NCBI GenBank assembly: GCA_963708895.1
Contig: CAVPUE010000010.1
Location: forward strand, 33,651-97,650
Direction of reading: 5' to 3'
Source of the DNA: an uncultured Bacillaceae bacterium
Lineage (GTDB): Bacteria > Bacillota > Bacilli > Bacillales > Cytobacillaceae
Length of the DNA stretch: 64,000 bases
In this document: positions 53,455-64,000 of the stretch, piece after piece
How the letters are laid out: each line of letters opens with the position of its first letter
How positions within the stretch are numbered: the first letter of the stretch is position 1
Made by a program: the position numbers and the translations under genes
The notes under the pieces: model-generated
What the model was told of the DNA's origin: nothing
The model's database searches: none
The model's input: only the letters and a program-made list of their open reading frames with translations

Positions 53455-54087
53455 ATGGAACATTATAAAACGTACTATCAAAAAGAATTAGCAACACCCA
53501 TTGGACCTTTAATCATTGAGGGTCCAGTTTCTTCAGAAGTATTAATAAACTTTTCTTTACATAGTGATTTAACTGCCTTCCGCCCCGCTGAAAAGCAACA
53601 TAAAGCCTTAATCGAGATTAGCGATTTACCAGAAGGCCGAATTATCATTGCTAGACAGTATGAAACAATCGTCGGATATGTGACTTTTTTGTACCCAGAC
53701 CCACTTGAAAGATGGTCTGAAGGAAATATTGAAAATTTAATCGAACTTGGAGCTATTGAAGTGATCCCTTTATTCCGCGATACAGGAGTAGGAAAAAGCT
53801 TATTAAAGGTTTCTATGATGGATGATGCGATGGAGGACTATATCATTATTACAACAGAATACTATTGGCATTGGGATTTAAAAGGAACTGGTTTAAATAT
53901 ATGGGATTATCGTAAGGTGATGGAGAAAATGATGAATGCAGGTGGTTTACAGTGGTATGCAACAGATGATCCTGAAATCTGTTCACACCCTGCTAATTGT
54001 TTAATGGTTAGAATTGGAAATCGGGTAGATTCCAATTCGATCGAAAGGTTTGACGGTCTGCGGTTTAAAAATCGATTTTTTTATTAG
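53455..54087 (+). CDS. acuA: Protein acetyltransferase AcuA
   Basis: GNAT fold; TFLYPDPLERWS, TTEYYWHWDL, TDDPEICSHPANCLM. Confidence 0.96.
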   Translation: MEHYKTYYQKELATPIGPLIIEGPVSSEVLINFSLHSDLTAFRPAEKQHKALIEISDLPEGRIIIARQYETIVGYVTFLYPDPLERWSEGNIENLIELGAIEVIPLFRDTGVGKSLLKVSMMDDAMEDYIIITTEYYWHWDLKGTGLNIWDYRKVMEKMMNAGGLQWYATDDPEICSHPANCLMVRIGNRVDSNSIERFDGLRFKNRFFY

Positions 54088-54128
54088 CAAATCCTAGATT
54101 TTATATACCTAAAGTGAGGGATTTTATA

Positions 54129-54779
54129 ATGATCATTGAAGAAATTATGACCACGAATATTATTACCCTTGGAGCAGAACAAACGATTTTAGACGCTTAC
54201 TCGCTTATGATTCAGCATAATATCAGACATTTACCCATTGTTGATCAAGAACAGCATTTAATTGGAATTGTCTCTGATCGAGATATTAGAGATGCATCTC
54301 CATCTATTTTAAATAACAACAATCATCAAGATAATGTCCTTCAACTACCAATAAAAACCATCATGAAAACAGATTTAATCACAGGTCATCCACTTGATTT
54401 TGTCGAAGAAATTGGAGCGATATTTTATGAGCATAAAATAAACTGCCTGCCGATTGTGAAGAATCGCAAATTAGTTGGAATCATTACCCATTCTGACTTG
54501 TTACACTCTTTAATTGAATTAACAGGTGCTCATCAGCCTGGTTCCCAAATTGAAATCAAAGTAGAAAATCAAGCGGGTGTTCTTTACAAGATTACAAAAG
54601 TCTTTCATGACCGTAAAGCGAAAATTTTAAGTATTCTTATGTACCCTGATAAAAAGGATGAAAAATTCAAAGTAGTTGTCCTAAGAGTTCAAACGATTAA
54701 TCCAACCTTAATTATTGATGATTTAAAAAATGCAGGCTATGAAGTACTATGGCCTAATTTACCGGGGATCAATAGATGA
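54129..54779 (+). CDS. acuB: CBS-ACT protein AcuB
   Basis: Two CBS domains, HQPGSQIEI, ACT domain. Confidence 0.94.
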   Translation: MIIEEIMTTNIITLGAEQTILDAYSLMIQHNIRHLPIVDQEQHLIGIVSDRDIRDASPSILNNNNHQDNVLQLPIKTIMKTDLITGHPLDFVEEIGAIFYEHKINCLPIVKNRKLVGIITHSDLLHSLIELTGAHQPGSQIEIKVENQAGVLYKITKVFHDRKAKILSILMYPDKKDEKFKVVVLRVQTINPTLIIDDLKNAGYEVLWPNLPGINR

Positions 54780-55936
54780 AAGATGAATCTGTTTTTGTCT
54801 ACTCTCCCCAGCTTCTAAACTATAAATTCAATCAACATCATCCTTTTAATCAGATTCGCTTAAAAGTTACACTCGACCTACTAAAAAACATTGGGGCTAT
54901 TCATGAGAACCAGATTATTCCCCCTCGCAGTGCAACGAAAGAGGAATTGCAGCTTATCCATGATCCAGATTTTATTCATGCCGTATCATTAGCAGGGCAT
55001 GGTGCGCTTTCCAAGAACATCGCAGAAAGTTATGGATTAGGTACAGACGATACTCCTATTTTTACAAATATGCATGAAGCTAGTTCATTACTCGTTGGTG
55101 GTACCTTAACAGCTGTTGATTACGTCATGAGTGGGAAAGCTCTTCACGCTTTACATCTTGGGGGCGGACTACATCACGGATTTACTGGTAAGGCATCTGG
55201 ATTTTGCATATATAATGACAGTGCAGTTGCGATCAAATACCTTCAAAAATCATTTGGGGCTCGTGTTTTATATGTCGACACCGATGCACATCATGGCGAT
55301 GGTGTGCAATGGGCATTTTATGATGATCCTAACGTTTGTACGCTATCGATTCATGAGACAGGTCGATATTTATTTCCTGGTACTGGGAACCTAACAGAAA
55401 GGGGTCATGGGAAAGGCTATGGCTTCTCCTTTAATATTCCTGTAGACGCTTTCACAGAGGATGATTCATGGCTCCATTGCTACAAAACGGCGATTACAGA
55501 GGTAGCAGAATTTTTCAAGCCGGATATCATCGTTACCCAAAATGGTGCAGACGCCCATTATTTAGACCCACTAACACATCTTTCCGTCACAATGAAAGCC
55601 TTTAAAGAAATTCCTAAAATAGCCCATGAAATAGCACACAAGTATTGTGAAGGTAGATGGATTGCGGTTGGAGGTGGTGGTTACGACATCTGGAGAGTAG
55701 TGCCAAGGGCTTGGTCCTATATCTGGCTTGAAATGACGGAAAATAATACTCCACTTTCCGATCTTCCATTAGATTGGATTGAAAAATGGCAGCCTTTTAC
55801 TAAGGACAAGCTACCACCCACATGGGAGGATGATGAACAAGAATATCAGTCCATTCCAAGACAAGCAGAAATTACTGAAAAAAATCAGCAAACACTAGAC
55901 AAGGCTTTATATCCAATTAGAAATAATGAACAGTGA
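54776..55936 (+). CDS. acuC: NAD-independent deacetylase AcuC
   Basis: GGLHHG, GFCIYND, DAHHGDG, DAHYLDPL, GGGGY. Confidence 0.96.
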   Translation: MKDESVFVYSPQLLNYKFNQHHPFNQIRLKVTLDLLKNIGAIHENQIIPPRSATKEELQLIHDPDFIHAVSLAGHGALSKNIAESYGLGTDDTPIFTNMHEASSLLVGGTLTAVDYVMSGKALHALHLGGGLHHGFTGKASGFCIYNDSAVAIKYLQKSFGARVLYVDTDAHHGDGVQWAFYDDPNVCTLSIHETGRYLFPGTGNLTERGHGKGYGFSFNIPVDAFTEDDSWLHCYKTAITEVAEFFKPDIIVTQNGADAHYLDPLTHLSVTMKAFKEIPKIAHEIAHKYCEGRWIAVGGGGYDIWRVVPRAWSYIWLEMTENNTPLSDLPLDWIEKWQPFTKDKLPPTWEDDEQEYQSIPRQAEITEKNQQTLDKALYPIRNNEQ

Positions 55937-55951
55937 CCTTATTTTTGTGCT

Positions 55952-55989
55952 AAAAAAGCCGGGTATTGAAAAAAGTTCAATACCCGGTA
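55952..55989. terminator. Terminator between acuC and ccpA
   Basis: CCGGGTATTGAA-loop-TTCAATACCCGG. Confidence 0.85.
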
Positions 55990-56001
55990 CATTTAAATTA
56001 T

Positions 56002-57018
56002 TTATTTTATTTCATCTGATTGTTTTGTTGATGCTCTCACTTCAATACGGTGCGGAAGAATCACCTTTTGCTCTGTCACTTCTTCTTTATTCATGAGTTT
56101 TGTTAATAATCGCATGGCAACTGCACCAATATCATATAACGGCTGTACGATTGTTGTTAATTGTGGACGTACCATTAATGATAATTTTGTGTTTTCAGAA
56201 GTAATGACTTCAAAGTCATCTGGAATCACAAACCCATTGTCTCCTGCAGCATGGACAACCCCTACTGCCATTTCATCAGACCCAACAAAAACAGCTGTAG
56301 GCTTTATTTCTGATTCAAGATACTTTTCGAATGCTTCAATTCCTGAATCATATGTATAATCGCCTTCTTGAACTAATTCTTCATTGTATTCAATTCCAGC
56401 ATCACTTAATGCCCGTTTATATCCAATTAATTTTTTCTCGGCATTGACAGGTTCATGTAATGGACCGATGACCATAGCAATTTGCTTATGACCGCTCTCA
56501 ATAAAAGTACTAATGGCATCATATACAGCCTGTTCATGATCGATGTTGACAGATGGTATTTTCCCTGATTCTTCCATTGAACCAGCTAGAACAATCGGTA
56601 CTGGTGATTTTTCAAATTCAGCAATATGTTCTTCTGTAATATTTCCACTCATAAATACAAGGCCATCCACCTGTTTACCTAGCATTGTATTTAATAAACG
56701 TAATTCTTTATCCACATTCTGGTCTGAATTACTTAAAATAATATTATAATTATACATGGTTGCGATATCTTCAATCCCTCTAGCTAATTCAGCAAAAATT
56801 AAATTAGAAATATCAGGAATGATTAAACCAACCGTTGTCGTTTTTTTACTAGCAAGACCCCTGGCTACAGCGTTTGGTCGATAACCTAAACGATCAATAA
56901 CCTCCATGACTTTTTTTCTCGTTGTTGGTTTAACATTTGGATTTCCATTCACTACGCGAGAAACAGTTGCCATTGATACATTCGCTTCCCGTGCGACATC
57001 ATATATTGTGATGTTCAT
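56002..57018 (-). CDS. ccpA: Catabolite control protein A
   Basis: [30 protein letters not shown] LacI HTH; HPr-binding region conserved. Confidence 0.98.
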   Translation of the reverse strand: MNITIYDVAREANVSMATVSRVVNGNPNVKPTTRKKVMEVIDRLGYRPNAVARGLASKKTTTVGLIIPDISNLIFAELARGIEDIATMYNYNIILSNSDQNVDKELRLLNTMLGKQVDGLVFMSGNITEEHIAEFEKSPVPIVLAGSMEESGKIPSVNIDHEQAVYDAISTFIESGHKQIAMVIGPLHEPVNAEKKLIGYKRALSDAGIEYNEELVQEGDYTYDSGIEAFEKYLESEIKPTAVFVGSDEMAVGVVHAAGDNGFVIPDDFEVITSENTKLSLMVRPQLTTIVQPLYDIGAVAMRLLTKLMNKEEVTEQKVILPHRIEVRASTKQSDEIK

Positions 57019-57282
57019 CTCTTCAACTCCTCGTTATTTTCCATAGCATCCTTTATAGTTTAGTTTAGATTATATTACCCTACTTTTCGAATTCCATATT
57101 TCTATACAAAAAAAGATAAACTTTCATGTTTTTATATGTTACTTGACCTTAAATATACGTTAGGTAATATAAGCCCGCAATATTATTTTCTAATTTTAAC
57201 ATATTTTTCATGTATTTTTACCAAAAAGTAATGGAAATAAAAAAACCTTCCACTTATTCAGGTGGAAGGCTTGTTAATGTTA

Positions 57283-58359
57283 TTAGGCTTTAACAAATGT
57301 CGTTTTTTGAATTTCATTCCAGAACTCATCAAATTGGTTTAAATCCATTTGTTGAGCAGAATCAGATAATGCCACCGCTGGATCTGGATGCACCTCAGCC
57401 ATCACACCATCTGCACCAATCGCAAGAGCTGCTTTTGCACATGGTAATAAAATATCTCTTCTTCCAGTTGAATGTGTAACATCAACCATGACTGGTAGGT
57501 GAGTTTCTTGCTTTAAGATTGGCACTGCTGAAATATCAAGCGTATTTCTTGTTGCTTTTTCGTATGTGCGAATTCCACGTTCACAAAGAATAATTTGACC
57601 GTTACCTTGTGACATAATATACTCAGCTGCATGGATGAATTCGTCTAATGTTGCTGCAAGACCACGTTTTAAAAGTACAGGCTTATTAACGGATCCTGCC
57701 GCTTTCAGTAATTCAAAGTTATGCATATTACGAGCACCAATTTGAATGACATCAATATAATCAAGAGCTTTTTCAATATCAGTTGGTGTAACAATTTCAC
57801 TTATCACCGCTAAATCATATTCATCAGCGACTCTTTTTAAGATTTTTAAGCCTTCTACACCAAGGCCTTGGAAATCATAAGGAGATGTTCTAGGCTTGTA
57901 TGCACCACCACGAAGTAATTTAAGGCCTTTTGCTTTAATAGATGCAGCAACTGTTGCTACTTGTTCATAGGATTCAACTGAACATGGACCAAATACAAAG
58001 CTAGGAACTCCGTTACCTACTAATTCATCTTTAATATTGACTACCGTATCTTCTGACTTTTTCTTACGCGAAACAAGTAAGGCCTTTTTTTGATCATCTT
58101 CTTGTAGATTTAACCCAGCTTTAAAAATTTGTTTAAAAAGATGGAGAATGACTGAATCTTCAAATGGACCATTATTATTCTTTTTAATTAAATCTAACAT
58201 ATGACGTTCACGAACAGGGTCATACTTATTAACTCCCTGAGATTCTTTTACAGTACCAATTTCTTGTACTGCGGTAGCTCTTTCATTAATTAACTCCAAT
58301 AATTGTAAATTAATCTCTTCCACTCTTTGTCTTAGTTGATCCAACTCGTTGTTTCCCAC
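57283..58359 (-). CDS. aroA: Bifunctional chorismate mutase / DAHP synthase
   Basis: GTG start, N-terminal CM domain ([12 protein letters not shown]), [25 protein letters not shown]. Confidence 0.96.
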   Translation of the reverse strand: MGNNELDQLRQRVEEINLQLLELINERATAVQEIGTVKESQGVNKYDPVRERHMLDLIKKNNNGPFEDSVILHLFKQIFKAGLNLQEDDQKKALLVSRKKKSEDTVVNIKDELVGNGVPSFVFGPCSVESYEQVATVAASIKAKGLKLLRGGAYKPRTSPYDFQGLGVEGLKILKRVADEYDLAVISEIVTPTDIEKALDYIDVIQIGARNMHNFELLKAAGSVNKPVLLKRGLAATLDEFIHAAEYIMSQGNGQIILCERGIRTYEKATRNTLDISAVPILKQETHLPVMVDVTHSTGRRDILLPCAKAALAIGADGVMAEVHPDPAVALSDSAQQMDLNQFDEFWNEIQKTTFVKA

Positions 58360-58527
58360 TTGTTGTCGCCCCTTTTTTATCAAATATTCTTTATTGACCT
58401 ATTAAAATATGATACATTTTTTATGATTATGGTTATTATAAATGAATTAGTTGGAATTGTCACGCACTTTATCTTTTTCACTTAAACGCTTTTATGCATT
58501 AAAGTACTTTATAAGAGGTGTATCTAT

Positions 58528-60704
58528 TTGGATAAACAGAAAAAGCTTTTTGCTTTGGATATTGGTACTCGTTCGGTCGTGGGGATTATTTTAGAAGAAA
58601 TCAATCATGAAAACTACCATGTACTAGATATATTATCGAAGGAGCATTCAGAACGTGCCATGTTAGATGGACAAATTCATGATGTGCTCGCCGTTTCTAA
58701 AATTATCAAAGAAATTAAAACAGAATTGGAGAAGAAACACGGACCCTTAAAAAAGGTAAATGTGGCTGCTGCAGGTCGAGCCTTAAAAACAGAACACGCA
58801 AAGGTTACAATCGATATTGCTGGTAAACCGATGATTCAAAAAGATGATATTTTACATTTAGAATTAAGTGCTGTACAACAAGCACAAGGAATCGTCGCTG
58901 AAAAACAAAGTCATAAAGATAAACATCAAAACTATTATTGTGTTGGTTATTCTGTTTTAAATTATCAATTGGATGATGAAACAATTGGAAACTTGATTGA
59001 TCAACAAGGCGAAGAGGCATCCGTTGAAATCATTGCTACATTTTTACCAAGGGTAGTCGTTGAGTCGCTTATTGCTGCACTCCACCGTGCCCATTTAGAA
59101 ATGGAGGCCCTCACCCTTGAGCCGATTGCTGCTATTAATGTCTTAATTCCTCCTTCGATGAGGAGACTGAATGTCGCACTCGTTGATATAGGCGCTGGAA
59201 CATCTGATATTGCGATTACAGATGCCGGTACCGTTATTGCCTATGGGATGGTTCCGATTGCTGGAGATGAAGTAACAGAAGCGATTAGTGACCACTATTT
59301 ATTAGACTTTCCGATGGCAGAAAAAGCGAAACGAGAACTGCTAAACCATCAACAGATTAAAATCACAGATATTCTCGGCTTTGAAATAGAAGTATCAAAA
59401 GAAGAGGTCATCGGAAAGATCAATCCAGTACTTGACAAGTTAGCAACATCTATTTGTGATGAAGTGTTAAGATTAAACAACAATCAACCACCGAAAGCGA
59501 TTATGCTTGTGGGTGGTGGAAGCTTAACTCCAGAAATCACAAAAAAAATAGCTCATGCATTGAATCTGCCAGAAAATCGTGTCGCGATTCGTGACATCAA
59601 TGCGATTTCAGCTGTGACACTTTCAGAACATATTGAGAAAAGTCCTGAGTTAGTGACACCGATTGGTATTGCGATTTCAGCTCAAAAATCACCTGTTCAA
59701 TATCGAACGGTATATGTAAATGATCAACCTGTTCGTTTATTCGAAGTCAATAAATTAACCGCAGGTGATTGCCTATTAGCGAGTGGAATTAAACTGAATA
59801 AATTGTATGGAAAACCTGGAATGGCCTTAATTATTACGCTCAATGGCCAAACAATCACCATTCCTGGAAGTCATGGAGAAGCACCCCTTCTCTTAAAAAA
59901 CGATGTGACCTGTAGTCTAGATGATCCTGTTAAAAATGAAGACCATCTCACAGCCATCAAAGGAGAAGATGGAATACAGCCAAAAGTTTATATTCATGAT
60001 TTACTTGATGGAATTCCGGAAAAAACCGTTAAAATAAACGGCAAGACATATACGCATTTATGCAAAGATTTTCTGTAATGGCAAGCTTACTTCTCCTGAA
60101 TCTATCGTATCTGACCGTGATACCATTCAATGCCAATTTCCTGAGACGATTGAAGAGATGTTGAAAGACTTGCATTTACAAACAGAATTAGAAACATTAC
60201 GACCGTTTAGAATCAATCTAAATGGAAAAGAAACGTTTATTCCTCCTTTTTCAGGGAAACTATATCGAAATGGAATCGAGGTTAAACAATCAAGCAGTTT
60301 TGAGCATTTAGATGAACTTTTAATTACGGAAAAAATAAAGCCTACTGTTAAAAAGCTAGCAGAAATAAAACATATTATGCTTTCACCAGAGCATTCCTGT
60401 CACATTTAATGGCAAACCGATCGTAATCAGCAAAGAGATTACCGAATTCACTCGTAACGATGAAATTTTATCTCATGATGACCTTCTCAATGATGGTGAT
60501 ATCATTGCTTATCTGCAAAAAGAGATAAAACCATTTGTTTTTCAAGATTTATTCAAGCATGTTCAAATCAAAATACCGAAAAAAGCTTCTGGACGATATA
60601 CCTTAATGAGAAATAATCAACAAACGACGTTTTTTGGAAAAATTGAACCCGGAGATGACTTAAAAATTGAATGGCCGGCAGAAAAAATAGAAACCAAACC
60701 ATAA
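58528..60704 (+). CDS. FtsA-like actin-fold ATPase with repeated C-terminal domain, about 725 aa, two shifts (about 60055 and 60385)
   Basis: FALDIGTRSVVG, GQIHD, VDIGAGTSDI, VGGGS; reads through to TAA at 60704 after two single-base corrections. Confidence 0.85.
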
Positions 60705-60746
60705 AAGAGGCTAAGCCCTCCTTTTTGGTTTGGTTCTATTTTTGGC

Positions 60747-61205
60747 TTAATGATTGCCTAATTTATTTTCGGTGTCATCAAAAGCTTTTTTTGTTTCATC
60801 TAGTTTTCTTTGAATTTCCGACTGTGGCTCATGTTCAAATAGCTCATCGATTGGATTTGTATCATCGGTTTTCGCTTCATCTTGTTTCATTTTCCTAACC
60901 TTGTTAACAAGATCCACTGATTGCTCTGAAACTTTTCTAGAAATCTCTGTTGTTTTATCCTTTACCGATGAAGTTAATTCACTACCCTTTGAAATGGCGC
61001 TCGTACGAAGGTGATCTGTTTTATCTCGTAACGTATACGCCTGGTTATTTAAATCATGACGAAGTTCTCTTCCCGACTTTGGTGCAAGAAGTAAGGCTGT
61101 AAGCGAACCAACAATGGCACCTGTAAGAGCACCTATGATAAAATCCTTCGCATGTATTCCATCATCCCTTTTATCAGATTCATAGCTACGTTCATGATTA
61201 CCCAC
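60747..61205 (-). CDS. ytxH: YtxH general stress protein
   Basis: DFIIGALTGAIVGSLTALLLAPKSGRELR. Confidence 0.93.
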   Translation of the reverse strand: MGNHERSYESDKRDDGIHAKDFIIGALTGAIVGSLTALLLAPKSGRELRHDLNNQAYTLRDKTDHLRTSAISKGSELTSSVKDKTTEISRKVSEQSVDLVNKVRKMKQDEAKTDDTNPIDELFEHEPQSEIQRKLDETKKAFDDTENKLGNH

Positions 61206-61648
61206 TATAATTCCTCCTTCTGAGTTACATATTTTCTTTGTTTTCTTTCTTGCCACTTATCTTTTAATTCGAAAATCACTTGTCCCCATTGTATGACATT
61301 GACTAGCTTATCTTTATTTTCTTCCAATTGATGATTCATTGATGTCGTTACGTTTTGAATGGAACCGTTGAACTTTCGAACAGACTCTCCTACATCTTTA
61401 ACGGCATCTACAACACTATTCAAGCTTTCCGACTTATCTTGAATATCACTTGCTAATTCATTCGTTTTATGTAATAGTATTGTCGTTTCTTTTGTTACTC
61501 CGTCTAGTTGTTTTTCAAGTCCAGATAAAGTAGTCGCCACATTGTCAAGTGTTCCTTGTAGTGACTTTAACGTTTTTGATAAGTAAATGACTAGAATTAA
61601 AAAGGCAATCGCGATTAACGCTACACTTAAATATAAAATCAGTATCAA
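61205..61648 (-). CDS. ytxG: YtxG / DUF948 protein
   Basis: N-terminal TM helix, coiled coil, [10 protein letters not shown]. Confidence 0.9.
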   Translation of the reverse strand: MILILYLSVALIAIAFLILVIYLSKTLKSLQGTLDNVATTLSGLEKQLDGVTKETTILLHKTNELASDIQDKSESLNSVVDAVKDVGESVRKFNGSIQNVTTSMNHQLEENKDKLVNVIQWGQVIFELKDKWQERKQRKYVTQKEEL

Positions 61649-61799
61649 ATGAAATAACACCTCCTGCTATTCTTTGTATATCCGTCCATTAACACAAGTA
61701 AACCTTCAGATGGACAGATATTTATATCTAATAAAATTTTATCACACTCAGAAAGACTTTCAATTCATAACATTGTTTTATTCAAATTTATTTATATAA

Positions 61800-61848
61800 A
61801 AAAACGGAAGTATGATTGATGTTGTATCATCAAATACTCCCGTTTTTT
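61800..61848 (-). terminator. murC terminator
   Basis: AAAAACGG-AAGTAT-GATTGAT...ATCATC-AAATACT-CCCGTTTTT long stem. Confidence 0.7.
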
Positions 61849-61856
61849 ATATACCC

Positions 61857-63161
61857 TTAAGAATGTGTTAATAAACTTTCATAAGCCACTTGGAATTTTT
61901 GAATATCTCCAGCACCCATGAAAATAATGACACTTTGACTATGTTCCTTCAAAGGAGTCATGTCATCTTCATTTATGACTTGTGATCCAGGTACTTTCTC
62001 TTGTAAATCATTTATGGATAATTTACCATGATTTTCTCTTGCTGAACCAAATATCTCACACAAATATATTTTGTCCGCTAATTTTAGACTTTCGGCAAAA
62101 TCATCTAAAAAGGTTTGCGTTCTTGTGAAAGTATGTGGTTGAAAAACAGCTACAATCTCTTTATCAGGATATTTTTGTCTTGCTGCTTCAATCGTCGCTT
62201 TTATTTCTCTTGGGTGATGGGCATAGTCATCAATTAATATTTGTGAGCCGATTTTCTTTTCCGAAAAACGCCTTTTTACCCCTTCGAAGTTTAATAGTTG
62301 GCGACGAACAACCTCTGTATCAATTCCTTCATAGTGGCATAATGCAATGACAGCTAATGAATTTAAGATGTTATGGTCACCATAACTTGAAATGGAAAAG
62401 GTATCAAAGAACGTATTGCGAATAAAAACATCGAAAGTTGTACCTTCCGTTGTTTTAATAATATTTCGTGCTTGAAAATCATTTTCTTCCCCTAAACCAT
62501 AAAAAAGAACCGGTACTTTTGCTTGGATCTTTTGTAAATACTCATCATCACCACAAGCAAATATTCCTTTATTCACTTGCATGGCCATTTCTTCAAAGGC
62601 CGCACATACATCATCAACATTGGCAAAATAGTCAGGATGATCAAAATCAATATTGGTCATAATCGCATAGTCAGGGAAATACGAAAGAAAATGTCTTCTA
62701 TATTCACAGGCTTCAAATGCAAAATATTCCGCATTCTTAACCCCTTTTCCCGTACCATCACCAATTAAATACACAGTTGGTTTTGCACCGCCAAGAACAT
62801 GAGCAAGTAACCCTGTTGTCGATGTTTTCCCATGTGATCCGGTAACAGCAATACTTGAGAACCGTTTCAAAAGGTCACCTAAAAATTGGTGATATCTCAC
62901 AATTGGAAGCCCTAATTTCATCGCTTCTTGTATTTCTTCATGCGAATCTGGAAATGCATTTCCTGCAATCACGGTCATTCCAGGCTGAATATTTTCCTTT
63001 TGAAAAGGAAGGATCTTTATTCCTGATTGCTCTAAAGCTACTTGTGTAAAAAATCGTTTTTCTACATCGGAGCCTTGAACCTGCTCGTTCATATCATGTA
63101 GGATTTGCGCAAGGGCACTCATTCCAGACCCCTTGATCCCTACAAAATGGTAATTAGTCAT
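61857..63161 (-). CDS. murC: UDP-N-acetylmuramate--L-alanine ligase
   Basis: [33 protein letters not shown]. Confidence 0.98.
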   Translation of the reverse strand: MTNYHFVGIKGSGMSALAQILHDMNEQVQGSDVEKRFFTQVALEQSGIKILPFQKENIQPGMTVIAGNAFPDSHEEIQEAMKLGLPIVRYHQFLGDLLKRFSSIAVTGSHGKTSTTGLLAHVLGGAKPTVYLIGDGTGKGVKNAEYFAFEACEYRRHFLSYFPDYAIMTNIDFDHPDYFANVDDVCAAFEEMAMQVNKGIFACGDDEYLQKIQAKVPVLFYGLGEENDFQARNIIKTTEGTTFDVFIRNTFFDTFSISSYGDHNILNSLAVIALCHYEGIDTEVVRRQLLNFEGVKRRFSEKKIGSQILIDDYAHHPREIKATIEAARQKYPDKEIVAVFQPHTFTRTQTFLDDFAESLKLADKIYLCEIFGSARENHGKLSINDLQEKVPGSQVINEDDMTPLKEHSQSVIIFMGAGDIQKFQVAYESLLTHS

Positions 63162-63404
63162 ATAAAGAACCTCCAACCATTGTCAATCTGTAAACAGTAT
63201 ATGATTATTTAGCTATTTTTGCTCATTTGCTGTTACCTTGAATGACTCGTTCTAAGTTATATTATGTAGTATCTCTTTCCAACCAAATCATATTTATATA
63301 TTATAACATTTTTAGGTAGTATAGAAAACATTAGTTTGATGCCTCTTCATAATAGGTCATAAGTTGGTTAGAAAGAATGATACTCTTACATTTTTTCAAT
63401 TATT

Positions 63405-64000
63405 CTAATGCAATGCTTCTAAATCAGTATCTGTGAGAAAAACATCTCTCGGTTTACTACCTTTTGACTCTGATATATATCCATGCATTTCCATTAAATC
63501 AATTAATCTAGCAGCACGATTATAGCCAATTTTAAATCTTCTTTGCAACAAGGAAGTGGATGCCCCGCCATGGTCAACGACAAATTCACAGGCTTCATAG
63601 AACAGTTCATCACCATCTTCTTCAACTTGTGCTTTTTTCAAAAGTTCTTCTTGTTGAAATAAATATTCAGGCTCACCCTGTGTTCTAACATGGGCTACCA
63701 CCTGATCAATTTCATCATCAGATACAAATGTTCCTTGAATTCGAACTGGTTTAGATGCGCCATTTTCTAAAAAGAGCATATCACCTCTACCTAGAAGCTT
63801 TTCTGCGCCACTAATATCAATAATGGTACGTGAGTCAATTTGCGATGACACTGAAAAGGCAATTCTAGTCGGAATATTTGCTTTAATAAGGCCTGTAATC
63901 ACATCTACAGATGGTCTTTGCGTTGCAATAATTAAGTGAATCCCACAGGCACGTGCTTTTTGTGCAATTCGACTTATCGCTTCCTCAACATCTGCTGGTG
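63405..64000 (-). CDS. sftA: FtsK/SpoIIIE-family DNA translocase SftA, 3' part (starts beyond the window)
   Basis: [36 protein letters not shown], gamma domain [15 protein letters not shown]; position upstream of murC. Confidence 0.9.
   Translation of the reverse strand, partial: PADVEEAISRIAQKARACGIHLIIATQRPSVDVITGLIKANIPTRIAFSVSSQIDSRTIIDISGAEKLLGRGDMLFLENGASKPVRIQGTFVSDDEIDQVVAHVRTQGEPEYLFQQEELLKKAQVEEDGDELFYEACEFVVDHGGASTSLLQRRFKIGYNRAARLIDLMEMHGYISESKGSKPRDVFLTDTDLEALH

Overview
A 64-kb stretch of core chromosome from a spore-forming Bacillaceae member (low GC, most genes on the minus strand). No prophage, transposase, CRISPR array, rRNA or tRNA gene was seen. The left part (1-18.5 kb) carries an atypical GH13 amylase, the gerPA-F germination operon, addAB, signal peptidase I, an LCP protein, comK and yhfN. 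It is joined through an aromatic-amino-acid-type ABC importer to a block that lies on the other replichore in B. subtilis: pepQ, usp, argHG, moaB, ackA, tpx, gerW, sppA, nadK, sspA, thiI, iscS, ezrA, refZ, dgcP, rpsD, tyrS (T-box), a class A PBP, acsA, acuABC, ccpA, aroA, an FtsA paralogue, ytxHG, murC and sftA. About 20 single-base frameshifts, mostly +1 in homopolymers, break otherwise normal genes and look like sequencing errors. The most unusual items are: (1) a modular MITE-like repeat family with six copies, all oriented with the upstream transcript, one forming a 15-bp hairpin in the iscS-thiI leader; (2) an uncharacterised FtsA/actin-like ATPase with tandem C-terminal repeats; (3) a GH13 protein lacking two of its three catalytic acids; (4) a probable ori-ter-symmetric inversion junction; (5) a tyrS T-box with an internally duplicated Stem II region; (6) an unannotated 44-aa membrane-peptide ORF behind a sigmaK-like promoter.
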